From assembly GCA_965204725.1 (NCBI GenBank), contig OZ242005.1, forward strand, positions 2,048,001 through 2,112,000: a stretch of 64,000 nucleotides of DNA, written 5' to 3'. Numbering within the stretch: the stretch's first letter is position 1; each line of letters starts with the position of its first letter. Source of the stretch: Candidatus Latescibacterota bacterium. GTDB taxonomy: Bacteria > Latescibacterota > UBA2968 > UBA8231. The translations under genes and the position numbers were made by a program. This document shows positions 47,345 through 56,974 of the stretch, piece after piece. Under the pieces are notes generated by a model. It made no database searches. It was not told the DNA's origin and saw only the letters and a program-made list of their open reading frames with translations.

Positions 47345-48229
47345 ATGTCGTCTTTGCTCCATGGCCTCACCCGCATCGCCCTTTGTGCGTCAGTGCCTCT
47401 CTGCGCGGCCGGCATTCTTTTTTTCGCCGAATACCAAACCCAATTCGCGGCCCGCTACCTTGGCCAATACCTCGCGCAGCAAAACCCCAAGCGCCAGCCG
47501 AGGGGCGCGCTCTGGCAAGGCATTCTCGCGAGTCGGCAGACCCGCATGGCCTTATCCGACTCGTTGGCCGAGGCGCCCTTGGAGCCGAGCCAAACCCCGC
47601 TGCCGGTCTTGCAAAACCACTATCAACTCCAGTACCACGGCACCCACGCGGCGTTCTTTTCAGTAACGCGGCGCGACACCGCCTTGCAACCCGATCACTT
47701 CGACCCAGAGACCCTGCGCGAGCTCGCCTATTCCCTACAGATCTACGAGCAGGGCCGCTACCTGCTAACCCAAGCCAGCGTCCCCGACGACTCCCATCAT
47801 CTCCACGCCCTCATCGGCGCGCAAATAGCCCTAGAGGACGGTTCGCTCTTCCACCAACTCCACAAGTGGCTGCTGGCAAAAGACGAGCCCGAGGCCTGGA
47901 CCTTTCTCAAGATGAAAGAGGAAGACATAGCGTACTGGCGCGAGCACCTAACGCCGCTGTTGAGCACGGACCCCGACCACGCGCGAAGCGATGCCGGGCC
48001 GATTATCACAGAGGCCCTAGCGCAGATCGTGCAAGCCCGGGCCGACGCGCTGCGCCAAGGCGAGACCGGGCGTCTGCTCGTGGCTTGGGACGGCGCAGAT
48101 GGCTTTGAACTGCGCCTGACCCGCACGGGGGAGCAATTCGCCGCGTACGCGATAGAGCCGGGCCTGGCGGCCACGCCGCTCGTGCTGCCGGCCCAACTGG
48201 TGCAACAACGCCTCGGGCTGGAGCCATGA
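47345..48229 (+). CDS. Hypothetical membrane-anchored protein
   Basis: 3' part of ORF 46139..48229; N-terminal hydrophobic anchor; ATGA overlap with the PBP gene. Confidence 0.65.
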   Translation: MSSLLHGLTRIALCASVPLCAAGILFFAEYQTQFAARYLGQYLAQQNPKRQPRGALWQGILASRQTRMALSDSLAEAPLEPSQTPLPVLQNHYQLQYHGTHAAFFSVTRRDTALQPDHFDPETLRELAYSLQIYEQGRYLLTQASVPDDSHHLHALIGAQIALEDGSLFHQLHKWLLAKDEPEAWTFLKMKEEDIAYWREHLTPLLSTDPDHARSDAGPIITEALAQIVQARADALRQGETGRLLVAWDGADGFELRLTRTGEQFAAYAIEPGLAATPLVLPAQLVQQRLGLEP

Positions 48230-50268
48230 GACGCCCCCTGCTCATCGGCGCGGTCCTGACCGTGCTCCTCGTTTTGGCGACCGGACTGGGAATCGGGTAC
48301 ACCGTCTGGCGCATGGCCCCGAGCTTGCCCAGCCTGCCCACCGATCCGCGCGAGTTGGGCATCCGCCCCGGCACGGAGATGTACGCGGCCTCGGGCGAGC
48401 GCATCTACACCTTCAACCAGAGCCGCCAATGGGTCCCCCTCGAACACATCAGCCCCCACGTGGTCAACGCGCTCATTGCCACGGAGGACGCGCACTTTTA
48501 CCACCACCGCGGCATCGACCTGCTGTCCATCGTCGGCGCGGTGCGCGACAACCTGCTAGCGGGCGGCCTTACGCGCGGCGGCAGCACCTTGACCCAACAG
48601 CTCGTCAAGCGCCTGTTCTTTTCGCCGGAAAAGACCTTCAAACGCAAGCTGTCGGAAGCGCTGCTCGCCGTGCAGCTAGAGTCGTTTTTTGCCGCCTCGT
48701 ACCCAGACACCAACGCCGCCGGCCAGCTCGCCTACAAAGATCGCCTCCTAGAGCTATACCTCAACGAGGTCTTCTACGGCACCAACGCCTACGGCATTCA
48801 CGACGCCGCGGCCACCTTCTTCAACACGACCCCAGACTCCCTGAGCCTGCCCCGCGCGGCCATGCTCATCGGCCAGCTCAACGCTCCAACCGCGTACAAT
48901 CCTCTGCGAAACGCCCAACAAGCCACCGCCCGGCTGCAACACGTGCTCGACCGCATGGTCGCCAGCGGCTTTCTCGACCCGCAGACGCGCCGGGAATACG
49001 CCGCCCTCCGCACCGCAGACCTCATTGACCCCGGCTACCCGCCCCGCAACCCGGTGCCCTATTGGGTCGAAGCCATCAACGCGGAAATCGTCCGGCAGTG
49101 GGGGCCATCGGCCCTGCACTACGGCAGCCTGAAGGTCTATACCACCTTGGACATTGCGATGCAAGAAGCGGCCGAAGACGCCGTGGCCAAGGGGATGGTC
49201 GAATTGGATGAGCGGCTGGGGTTTAAGCCCTATTCGGAAGCGTCCATGGCCGAGCGTCCAGCGTACGTCCAAGGCGCGTTGGTATGCCTGTCGCCAGCCG
49301 GAAACGTGCTGGCCATGGTCGGGGGCCGAGACATTTTCGTCAGCTACTACAACCGCGCCCTCACCGCCCGCCGCCAGCCCGGCTCTGGCTTTAAGCCGAT
49401 AGCCTATCTAGCGGCCTTAGAAGCGGGCAAAATAAGCCCGGTCTCCGTGTTTGACGATCAGCGGCGCACCTATATCGTCAACGGGCAAAAGTGGCAGCCG
49501 CGCAACTACGGGGGCCGCTACTTGGGGCGGACGACGGCCGCGTGGGCCTTAGTCCGCTCGGCCAACTCCACGGCCATACAAATCTCCGAGCTCGTCGGCC
49601 CGAGCCGCGTCGTTGAGGTCGCGCACCGCTTGGGTTTTGCCGGGCCAATCGGGGCTTATAAGAGCATTGCCTTGGGCGTGGCCGAAGTCACCGTATTGGA
49701 GATGGCCGTGGCGTACGGGGCTTTTGTCAACCATGGATTGCGGATGAAGCCGACCTTGATCGAGCGGGTTGTCGATGCCAACGACGAGCCGATCTTTATC
49801 CACCAGCCGCAAATTCGCCAAGCCATCGCCCCAGACTTAGCGGCGCAGATGGTCCACCTCTTGCGCCAGACCGTGGACCGCGGCACCGGCCACCAAGCGC
49901 GCAGACGCGGCTTTGTGCGGCCGGCCGCTGGCAAGACCGGCACGACCAACGACAATACCGACGCTTGGTTTACCGGCTTCACGCCCGACTTAATCGCCAG
50001 CGTCTGGATAGGGTTTGACGACCGCCGCGCTCATAAGCTGATGGATACGCGGGGGGTGCAAATCACCGGCGGCAACGGCGCCGTACCCATTTGGACGGAT
50101 TTTATGATCGCGGTAAACGAGGGGCAGCCAGAACAGGATTTTGACCTCCCCGAAGACGTGAGAATTTACAGCGTGGATTTCCGCACCGGCAAGGTGCGCT
50201 CAAAGCCTGACAAGGACGGGGTTCAGCCGCTGTCCGTAGCCTTGCGCCGGGGCGAGGACCCCAACTGA
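48226..50268 (+). CDS. Class A penicillin-binding protein (PBP1A family)
   Basis: EDAHFYHHRG, GGSTLTQQL, RKLSE; transpeptidase SGFK, SAN, KTGT. Confidence 0.93.
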   Translation: MRRPLLIGAVLTVLLVLATGLGIGYTVWRMAPSLPSLPTDPRELGIRPGTEMYAASGERIYTFNQSRQWVPLEHISPHVVNALIATEDAHFYHHRGIDLLSIVGAVRDNLLAGGLTRGGSTLTQQLVKRLFFSPEKTFKRKLSEALLAVQLESFFAASYPDTNAAGQLAYKDRLLELYLNEVFYGTNAYGIHDAAATFFNTTPDSLSLPRAAMLIGQLNAPTAYNPLRNAQQATARLQHVLDRMVASGFLDPQTRREYAALRTADLIDPGYPPRNPVPYWVEAINAEIVRQWGPSALHYGSLKVYTTLDIAMQEAAEDAVAKGMVELDERLGFKPYSEASMAERPAYVQGALVCLSPAGNVLAMVGGRDIFVSYYNRALTARRQPGSGFKPIAYLAALEAGKISPVSVFDDQRRTYIVNGQKWQPRNYGGRYLGRTTAAWALVRSANSTAIQISELVGPSRVVEVAHRLGFAGPIGAYKSIALGVAEVTVLEMAVAYGAFVNHGLRMKPTLIERVVDANDEPIFIHQPQIRQAIAPDLAAQMVHLLRQTVDRGTGHQARRRGFVRPAAGKTGTTNDNTDAWFTGFTPDLIASVWIGFDDRRAHKLMDTRGVQITGGNGAVPIWTDFMIAVNEGQPEQDFDLPEDVRIYSVDFRTGKVRSKPDKDGVQPLSVALRRGEDPN

Positions 50269-50276
50269 ATCGACAT

Positions 50277-51380
50277 TCAAACGGCGGCCAAGACCTCCCT
50301 CACCCGCCGCGCCACAATGTCTTCCTCGCCCGGCTCCATCATATAGGGATTGATCCCAAAGCCGCTTTCGTGGGCGGCAACCTCAATGCGCGGTTGGCCG
50401 CTCGATAGCAGGCGCACCAGCTCGTGGCCGCTGAGGGCCAGCCGCTCCCGGTCCCAGCGCACCGCCAAGTTCGGCGCGACATTCGAGCGCCCGGGCTGAT
50501 CGACCTGCGTCGTCACCGACGGAAACGACGTCGCGGCCGCCGCTACCACAGCCAAACGCCGTTCCCATTCCCGCCACTCGGCGGCGTGGTCGCGCACCAC
50601 CCACTGCTCCACCGCCGCCAACAGCCCCATAATTTCTTCCTTGCCCGCCTTCATGGGCCTTCCCAGCGCGTGGTGCGGTGCCCCGTTGAGGAAAGCGGCC
50701 TGCAACAGTTCCTTGCGCCCCAAGACCAAGCCCGACGCCTGCGGCCCGCGCAGGCACTTGCCGCCCGAATAGGCCACTGCATCCGCTCCCTGCTCCAGAT
50801 ACCAGTTGGGCGCGTCCGGCCGCTCGGCGGCTGCATCGACCAAGGTCGGTACGCCGTGCCGCTGCCCAGCCGCCGCCATGTCCGCCACCGAGATGGCCCC
50901 CCGTTCGGCCGCATCGCCAAACACCAAGAGCATGGCCGTGCGCTCCGACAGGGCCGCTTCGAGCGCGGCGAGCGTCTCGACCTCGATCAGTTCGACGCCG
51001 ACCATGCGCACGGCGTGATCGTACCCGTGGCGGTGGCTCGGCTGGACGAGGACTTGGTTTTTCATGCCCGTCGCGTCGGGCAACCGCGCCATTTTCTCGG
51101 GATCGGTGCCAGCCACGCAAGCGGCCGTAACTTGGCACAAGGCCGCGGCGCAACCGTTGGTAACCAGCCCCCACTCGCACTGCATGAGCTCGCCGATGCG
51201 CGCTCCGACGGCTTCCATGAGCTCGTCGAGGTGAACGTATTGCTTGGAGGCCGCGACCATGGCCTGCCGCACTTGCGGCAAGACCAGCGAGCCGCTGATG
51301 ATGGTATAGGTCCCTCGGCAATTGATCAGGGGGCGGACGCCGAGGCTTCCGTAGGTTGGGTAGTCAAGCTGGCCGCTCAT
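50277..51380 (-). CDS. SelA-like / DgaE-family PLP-dependent enzyme
   Basis: GVRPLINCRGTYT..SGS, VDAAAE, YSGGKCLRGPQASG, GRPMKAGKEEI. Confidence 0.75.
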   Translation of the reverse strand: MSGQLDYPTYGSLGVRPLINCRGTYTIISGSLVLPQVRQAMVAASKQYVHLDELMEAVGARIGELMQCEWGLVTNGCAAALCQVTAACVAGTDPEKMARLPDATGMKNQVLVQPSHRHGYDHAVRMVGVELIEVETLAALEAALSERTAMLLVFGDAAERGAISVADMAAAGQRHGVPTLVDAAAERPDAPNWYLEQGADAVAYSGGKCLRGPQASGLVLGRKELLQAAFLNGAPHHALGRPMKAGKEEIMGLLAAVEQWVVRDHAAEWREWERRLAVVAAAATSFPSVTTQVDQPGRSNVAPNLAVRWDRERLALSGHELVRLLSSGQPRIEVAAHESGFGINPYMMEPGEEDIVARRVREVLAAV

Positions 51381-51448
51381 TCCTTCTCCTCGTTTCTGTT
51401 GTGTGTGTCGCGTTAATCGCGCATTCACGTTGTACCTCCGCGTCTTTT

Positions 51449-52696
51449 CTAGATCACGTCGTCGCCGCAGTGCGACAAATAGTGCTCCAACGCCGCCATC
51501 CCCGCGCTGGTATCCACCCCGGCCCCCTCGTGCGCGAGCGCACCGCCCAAAGCGTGCAACACGCGGAACAGGTGCGGCGCTCGGCACTGCTCGCCCATCT
51601 GGCCGATGCGCACGATGTCGAGGCCAAAGGCCCCGGAGATTTCGACATTAAAGCGGCTCGACATATCGGCGCGCATCCGGGCGTTATCCACCCCGGCGGG
51701 CACTTTAATCGCCACCACCGAATTGAGGCGGATAGCACTCGGCGCGGCCAGCACCAGCCCCATCTGCTCAATGCCCGCTTGCAGGGCCAACGACGAGTGC
51801 CGGTGCCGCGCAAAGCGGCGCTCCAGCGTCTCCTCGCAGACCAACCGCAAAGCCTCGTGCAGGGCCAACAGCCCCGAGACCGGGGCCGTGTAATGGTACT
51901 GGTGGTGCTGCCAAAAGCTCTGCGCCCGCAGGGCGTCCAAGCACCAGTGCGGCTTAGGGCCGGGATGCTGCTGCACCTGTTCCCAAGCCGCGGCGGAAAA
52001 GGCGATCAGCGCGACGCCCGGCAGCGACGACAGGCCCTTCTGACTGCCGGTCAAGACCACGTCAATGCCCCAAGCGTCCTTTGCCAACGGCATGGTGCTC
52101 AACGTGCAGACCGCATCGACGACCACCAACGCCCCGTGCGCTTGGCACAAACGGGCAATGGCCGGCAGGTCCACCGTGCAAACGCCACTGGAGGTCTCGC
52201 CCTGCACCATCGTCACCACGTCGTACCGCTGCCCCTTGAGGCACTCGGCCACGCGCTCGGCGCAAATGGCGTGCCCTTCCGGCACGGCTAGCACTTCGAC
52301 CTCGGCCCCCACGCCAGCCGCCATCTCGGCAAAGCGCCCGCTAAACCAGCCATTTTGCAGCACCAAGGCGCGGCGACCGGGCCAGAGCAGATTGCCCATG
52401 GCCATCTCCATGGCGGCCGACGCCGGCCCCCCAATCCCCAAAATGTGCTCGTCGGCCGTCTGAAAGGCATAGCCCGCCAGTTGCTTGATGTGTTCGACCA
52501 GCCGATCCATCGTCGGCCCCAAGTGGTTGATGACCATGCCGCCAGCCCGAGCGACCTCGGCCGCCACCGGCACCGGCCCAGCCCCCATCAACAGCAGCGG
52601 CTCGGCCGGCAGGAGTTGGTCCAGCGGCGAAAACGCAGGAGCCTCTATCCCATCTCCACTCCCCCTTTGTGCCTTCTGTGCCTCTTGTGGCCCCAT
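51449..52696 (-). CDS. Alanine-glyoxylate / serine-pyruvate aminotransferase (class V); start uncertain
   Basis: LLMGAGPVP, QGETSSGV, VVDAVC, TGSQKGL, YHYTAP, RIGQMG. Confidence 0.85.
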   Translation of the reverse strand: MGPQEAQKAQRGSGDGIEAPAFSPLDQLLPAEPLLLMGAGPVPVAAEVARAGGMVINHLGPTMDRLVEHIKQLAGYAFQTADEHILGIGGPASAAMEMAMGNLLWPGRRALVLQNGWFSGRFAEMAAGVGAEVEVLAVPEGHAICAERVAECLKGQRYDVVTMVQGETSSGVCTVDLPAIARLCQAHGALVVVDAVCTLSTMPLAKDAWGIDVVLTGSQKGLSSLPGVALIAFSAAAWEQVQQHPGPKPHWCLDALRAQSFWQHHQYHYTAPVSGLLALHEALRLVCEETLERRFARHRHSSLALQAGIEQMGLVLAAPSAIRLNSVVAIKVPAGVDNARMRADMSSRFNVEISGAFGLDIVRIGQMGEQCRAPHLFRVLHALGGALAHEGAGVDTSAGMAALEHYLSHCGDDVI

Positions 52697-52744
52697 CCCT
52701 CCTACACCACAAACGCCCGACTCTACATTCCCCATACCCAATTC

Positions 52745-54127
52745 CTAATAGTTAATGGCCTCGCCAAACGCCTGCCCAGCCGCTTCCATGATCGCCTCGG
52801 ACAGAGTCGGATGCGCGTGCGAGGTAAACAAAAGCTCCTCGTAGGTCGCTTCCAAGCGGAGGGCCAACGTCAACTCGGCGATGAGTTCCGTGGCCTCGGC
52901 CCCCAAAATGGCCCCGCCCAACAACTCGCCGTAGCGTGCGTCAAAAACGAGCTTGACCAGCCCTTCGGTCTCCCCGGCGGCTTGCCCCTTACCGCTGGCC
53001 GCAAACGGAAAGCGCCCGACCTTGACGTCGTACCCAGCCTCGCGCGCTTGGCTTTCGCTCAGGCCGACGCTGGCTACTTGCGGCTGGCAATAGATGCAGT
53101 TGGGCACTTGGCGGGAGTCTAAGGCGGGCCGGTCGCGGCCGGCTATAAACTCGACGGCCGCGATTCCTTCCTGTGCGGCCGCGTGCGCCAACAGCGGCGG
53201 GCCGGCCACGTCGCCAATCGCGTAGATCCCCTTGGCGCTGGTCTGCATCCGCTCATCCACCACAATCGCGCCATCGCGGGTGCGGATGCCCAGCGCTTCC
53301 AGCCCTAGCCCCTCGATATTGCCCTGAACCCCGGTGGCGACTAGCACTTGCTCAACGCGCCGCGTCTGCTCCTGTGCGCCGACCCGGTAGCGCAGCGCGA
53401 CCCCGCGCTTTTGTCGCTTGACCTCCTCGACCCGGGCTTGGGGCACCACTTCGATCCCTTGCCGTGTCAAGCTCTCGGCCAGCCCCGCGGCGATCTCTTC
53501 GTCTTCACGCGGCAAAATCTGCGGCAGGGCTTCCAAGAGCAGCACCTTGCTGCCAAAGGCTCGGTAGAAATAGGCGAACTCGACGCCGATGGCCCCGGCC
53601 CCGATGATGGCGAGGGAGGCGGGCTGCGCGGCGACGACCATGGCCTCTCGGCTGGCGATGATCCGCTCGCCGTCGAACTCCACGCCCGGAATGGATTTGG
53701 GGCGGCTGCCGGTGGCCAGCACGACGTGCGCGGCCTCTAGCGGGGCCTCAACGCTCTCGACCGCGACTTGGCGACTCGGCGTCAACCGGCCCCGGCCGGC
53801 GAATACCTCGACTTGGTTTTTCCGCATCAAGGAGACCACGCCTTTGGCCAACTGCGCAGCGACTCGGCGGCTGCGACCAATGACCGCATCCCAATCCACA
53901 GTTGGCTTATCCACGCGCAAGCCGAACTCCTCGGCGCGCAAGAAAAGCCGGTACACTTCGGCTTGCTTGAGCAACGCCTTGGTGGGAATGCAGCCCCAGT
54001 TGAGACAGGTCCCGCCCAACTCGGCGTCTTCGACCAGCGCGGTTTTTAACCCCAACTGCCGCGCCCGAATGGCGGCTGAATAGCCCCCAGGGCCGCCGCC
54101 GATAACTACCACATCATACGCTGCCAT
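52745..54127 (-). CDS. lpdA: Dihydrolipoyl dehydrogenase
   Basis: GGGPGGY, GGTCLNWGCIPTK, GAGAIGVE, HAHPTLSE. Confidence 0.96.
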   Translation of the reverse strand: MAAYDVVVIGGGPGGYSAAIRARQLGLKTALVEDAELGGTCLNWGCIPTKALLKQAEVYRLFLRAEEFGLRVDKPTVDWDAVIGRSRRVAAQLAKGVVSLMRKNQVEVFAGRGRLTPSRQVAVESVEAPLEAAHVVLATGSRPKSIPGVEFDGERIIASREAMVVAAQPASLAIIGAGAIGVEFAYFYRAFGSKVLLLEALPQILPREDEEIAAGLAESLTRQGIEVVPQARVEEVKRQKRGVALRYRVGAQEQTRRVEQVLVATGVQGNIEGLGLEALGIRTRDGAIVVDERMQTSAKGIYAIGDVAGPPLLAHAAAQEGIAAVEFIAGRDRPALDSRQVPNCIYCQPQVASVGLSESQAREAGYDVKVGRFPFAASGKGQAAGETEGLVKLVFDARYGELLGGAILGAEATELIAELTLALRLEATYEELLFTSHAHPTLSEAIMEAAGQAFGEAINY

Positions 54128-54257
54128 ATTGCATTTTCTCGTTAAGGTTCAGATAGAGGAAACCTTTAATCTAAAGGCAATCGCCTTCATTGCCCTCACG
54201 CACGTCATGTTTTATTGTAGCCAAACTAGCACCGCACTGTAAATAAAGGCAAATCCC

Positions 54258-54737
54258 GTGATCCAACAGCCCGCCAATCCCGCACAAACCCTGACCATTT
54301 TCACCGACGGCGCCTGTTCGTTCAATCCCGGTGGGCCTGGGGGCTGGGCGGCGCGGCTGCTCTACGGCGATGGCCGCATCGTCGAGCTGGGCGGGAGTGA
54401 CCCAGCCACGACGAACAACCGCATGGAGCTGCAAGCGGCCATTGAGGGGCTCCGCGCCGCCCCGCCCGGCAGCGCGATCACGCTCGTCACGGACAGCGAG
54501 TACTTGCGCAAGGGCATTACCAAGTGGATTCACGACTGGAAGCGGCGAGGCTGGCGCACGTCCACCAAAAGGCCCGTGCTCAACCAAGACCTGTGGCGCA
54601 CCCTAGACGAACTCAACACGCCCGCCGTCCAATGGCGATACACCCGCGGCCACGCCGGCGACCCAGACAACCAACGCTGCGACCAGATCGCCCGAGCCTT
54701 TTCGCGCGGAAAAACGCCCTTCCTGCACAACGCTTGA
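54258..54737 (+). CDS. rnhA: Ribonuclease HI
   Basis: FTDGACS.NPG, TTNNRMEL, TDSEY, NQDLW, GHAG...N.RCD. Confidence 0.95.
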   Translation: MIQQPANPAQTLTIFTDGACSFNPGGPGGWAARLLYGDGRIVELGGSDPATTNNRMELQAAIEGLRAAPPGSAITLVTDSEYLRKGITKWIHDWKRRGWRTSTKRPVLNQDLWRTLDELNTPAVQWRYTRGHAGDPDNQRCDQIARAFSRGKTPFLHNA

Positions 54738-54766
54738 CCTAGCCACCCCAGTCGAAAGGATCGACC

Positions 54767-54838
54767 ATGTTCTACGGCTTGCTCTTCGTCCTCGCCCTCG
54801 CTGGCCTCACCTTCTCGGCGGCGGTCGTCGGCCACTAA
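54767..54838 (+). CDS. Putative 23-aa single-pass membrane peptide
   Basis: AAAGGA RBS 6 nt before ATG; MFYGLLFVLALAGLTFSAAVVGH*; high GC3; fills the rnhA-kinase gap. Confidence 0.5.
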   Translation: MFYGLLFVLALAGLTFSAAVVGH

Positions 54839-54866
54839 AGCGCACCGGGCAAGGAGCGGACGACGG

Positions 54867-56972
54867 ATGCTCGCAAGCCGTAAAGGTCGGCGCGGCCAAC
54901 GGCAACGGCTGTGGCTGCGCCTGCTGGGCTATTACCTCGCCTTGGGGCTGGTGCCGGTGTTGCTGGTTGACCTGTTCGTGTTGAACACGGCCCGCGACGC
55001 CATCGCAGAGGCCGTGCTAGACAGCCGCCGCGAAATGGCCCACCGCACGGCCGAGGAAATCACCCACCTCTTTTCCTCCATCGCCTCCGACTTGCAACGC
55101 CTCGCCCAATATGCGGGAACCGAGCCGCAAGACGTGCCCGCGCTGCTCGAAAGGGCCGCGCTCGCAGACAGCGAAGTGGAGGGCCTTTACCTAGTGGACG
55201 CCCAAAACCAAGTACAGGCCGCGAGCGCGGCGGTTTCGTTGCCCGCTGCCTATGACTCGGACGCGGCTTGGGAGAAGGTCTCAGCAGGCAGCCTATACGT
55301 CGCCCTAATCGAAGAATTTCGGCAAACGCCCAAGCTCTTTGTCGCGCTACCCGTAGAGCGGGTCGACCAGCCGCCGCGACAAGCCCTCATCGCCCGCCTC
55401 GACTTTCACCGAGTGTGGCAAAAGATAAACCTCATCCACCTCGGCCGGACCGGCTACGCGACCTTGCTCCATGCCGAGGATGGGCACTATCTGGCTCGGC
55501 CCATGCGCCAAGCCTTCTACACGTGGCGACACCACCCGCACCTAGCGGCCATGCACGGGCCAGCGGGAACGCTCGCGTGGCGCGACGCGGCGGGCACGGC
55601 TTGGGTCACGGGATTTGCTCCGGTGCGCGACTGGGGCTGGATCGTCGCCATTGAGCAACACGCGGACGAGGCCTACTCCCCGTACACCCTCGTGCTGTAC
55701 GCGCTCTATGCGGTCATCGTGCTTTCGGCACTAGGGGCCTTGATTTTGGGCGGATTGACTCGCAACTCGGTCGTCGCGCCCCTCGTCTTGCTCACGCATG
55801 CCGTGCGCCGCCGCCGGGACGGCTATCCCCTCTTGGGAACCCCCACGGCGCGCCGAGACGAAATTGGCGAACTAGCCAACGCCTTTGTCGAGCTGGACCA
55901 AACGCTGGCCAAGCGCCAGCGGGACTTGGAGAGCACCTTGGACTTGCAGCGCCATCTGATTGAGGACAACCCCCTCGCCGTGGCCGTGCTCGACGCCGAG
56001 TACCGCATCGTGCAGAGTAACAAGGCGTGGGCCGGCTTGCGGCTGCCGGAACCGACCGCCGCCTTGAGCGCGACCCCTGCGGGTGCCCAAGTGTGCGCGT
56101 GGCTAAAGGCCCATCCGACCGCGCAAGTGGCGGACAACCTCGCCATCGAGGATACCGAGGGCACTATGCACTATTGGAACCTACGCACGGCCGAGTTGAG
56201 CCTCGACCATCGCGGCAAGGTCTTGCTCATGGTGGAAGACCAGACGCAGCAACACCTGCTCGAACTACACTACATGCAGGCCGAAAAGCTATCGGCGCTC
56301 GGGGCGGTGGCCGCCGGCGTCGCGCACGAAATCAAAAACCCCCTCGCCATTGTGCAGAACACCTGCGACCTGCTGCCGCGATTGACGCCCGAAGAAAAAG
56401 AGGAGCGCGACGAGACCTTGCTCATGATGCGCGCGGCCATCCGCCGCATAGACGAGCGCGTCAGCAGTCTGCTCGACTTCGCCCGGCCGGCTCAACACCT
56501 CGTGGAGCAAATCGACGCGGTCGAGGTGCTAGAGCAGCTCCTCAACTTGGAGACCAAACACGCCGAGCACCTCGGCATCTCGATTGAGCGGTGCTTTGAG
56601 CCGGTGTCCCCGGTGCTCATAAACCGCGACATGCTCAAAGACATCTACCTCAACATCATCCGCAACGCCTTCCAAGCCATGCCCCAAGGCGGCCGCTTGC
56701 AGGTGAGTGCCCGCCCCGCGCCAGAGGGCGTCGCCATAAAAATCTGCGACACCGGCACCGGCATTGAGCCAACCCAGATCGCCCGCATCTTTGAGCCGTT
56801 CTTTTCCACCAAGGCCCCGGGGGAAGGCACGGGCTTGGGGCTAGCCATTGCCCAGCGTCAGCTACGAGAAATCGGCGGCCACATAGAGGTTACGAGCCGC
56901 CTCGGCAAAGGCACTTGCTTCGCGCTCTTGCTGCCTTACAATAGAGATAGAGAGGAAGAGGAAAAGGCATAG
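54867..56972 (+). CDS. Membrane sensor histidine kinase (TM, Cache-like, TM, HAMP, PAS-like, HisKA, HATPase)
   Basis: AHEIKNPL, NIIRNA, DTGTGI, FEPFFSTK, GTGLGL; RDEIGELA (HAMP). Confidence 0.93.
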   Translation: MLASRKGRRGQRQRLWLRLLGYYLALGLVPVLLVDLFVLNTARDAIAEAVLDSRREMAHRTAEEITHLFSSIASDLQRLAQYAGTEPQDVPALLERAALADSEVEGLYLVDAQNQVQAASAAVSLPAAYDSDAAWEKVSAGSLYVALIEEFRQTPKLFVALPVERVDQPPRQALIARLDFHRVWQKINLIHLGRTGYATLLHAEDGHYLARPMRQAFYTWRHHPHLAAMHGPAGTLAWRDAAGTAWVTGFAPVRDWGWIVAIEQHADEAYSPYTLVLYALYAVIVLSALGALILGGLTRNSVVAPLVLLTHAVRRRRDGYPLLGTPTARRDEIGELANAFVELDQTLAKRQRDLESTLDLQRHLIEDNPLAVAVLDAEYRIVQSNKAWAGLRLPEPTAALSATPAGAQVCAWLKAHPTAQVADNLAIEDTEGTMHYWNLRTAELSLDHRGKVLLMVEDQTQQHLLELHYMQAEKLSALGAVAAGVAHEIKNPLAIVQNTCDLLPRLTPEEKEERDETLLMMRAAIRRIDERVSSLLDFARPAQHLVEQIDAVEVLEQLLNLETKHAEHLGISIERCFEPVSPVLINRDMLKDIYLNIIRNAFQAMPQGGRLQVSARPAPEGVAIKICDTGTGIEPTQIARIFEPFFSTKAPGEGTGLGLAIAQRQLREIGGHIEVTSRLGKGTCFALLLPYNRDREEEEKA

Positions 56973-56974
56973 AC

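Noticed and set aside
50277-51380. True selenocysteine synthase selA serving the FDH
   Set aside because: About 367 aa, lacks the SelA N-terminal tRNA-binding domain, motifs fit SelA-like/DgaE enzymes, and no selB or selC is adjacent
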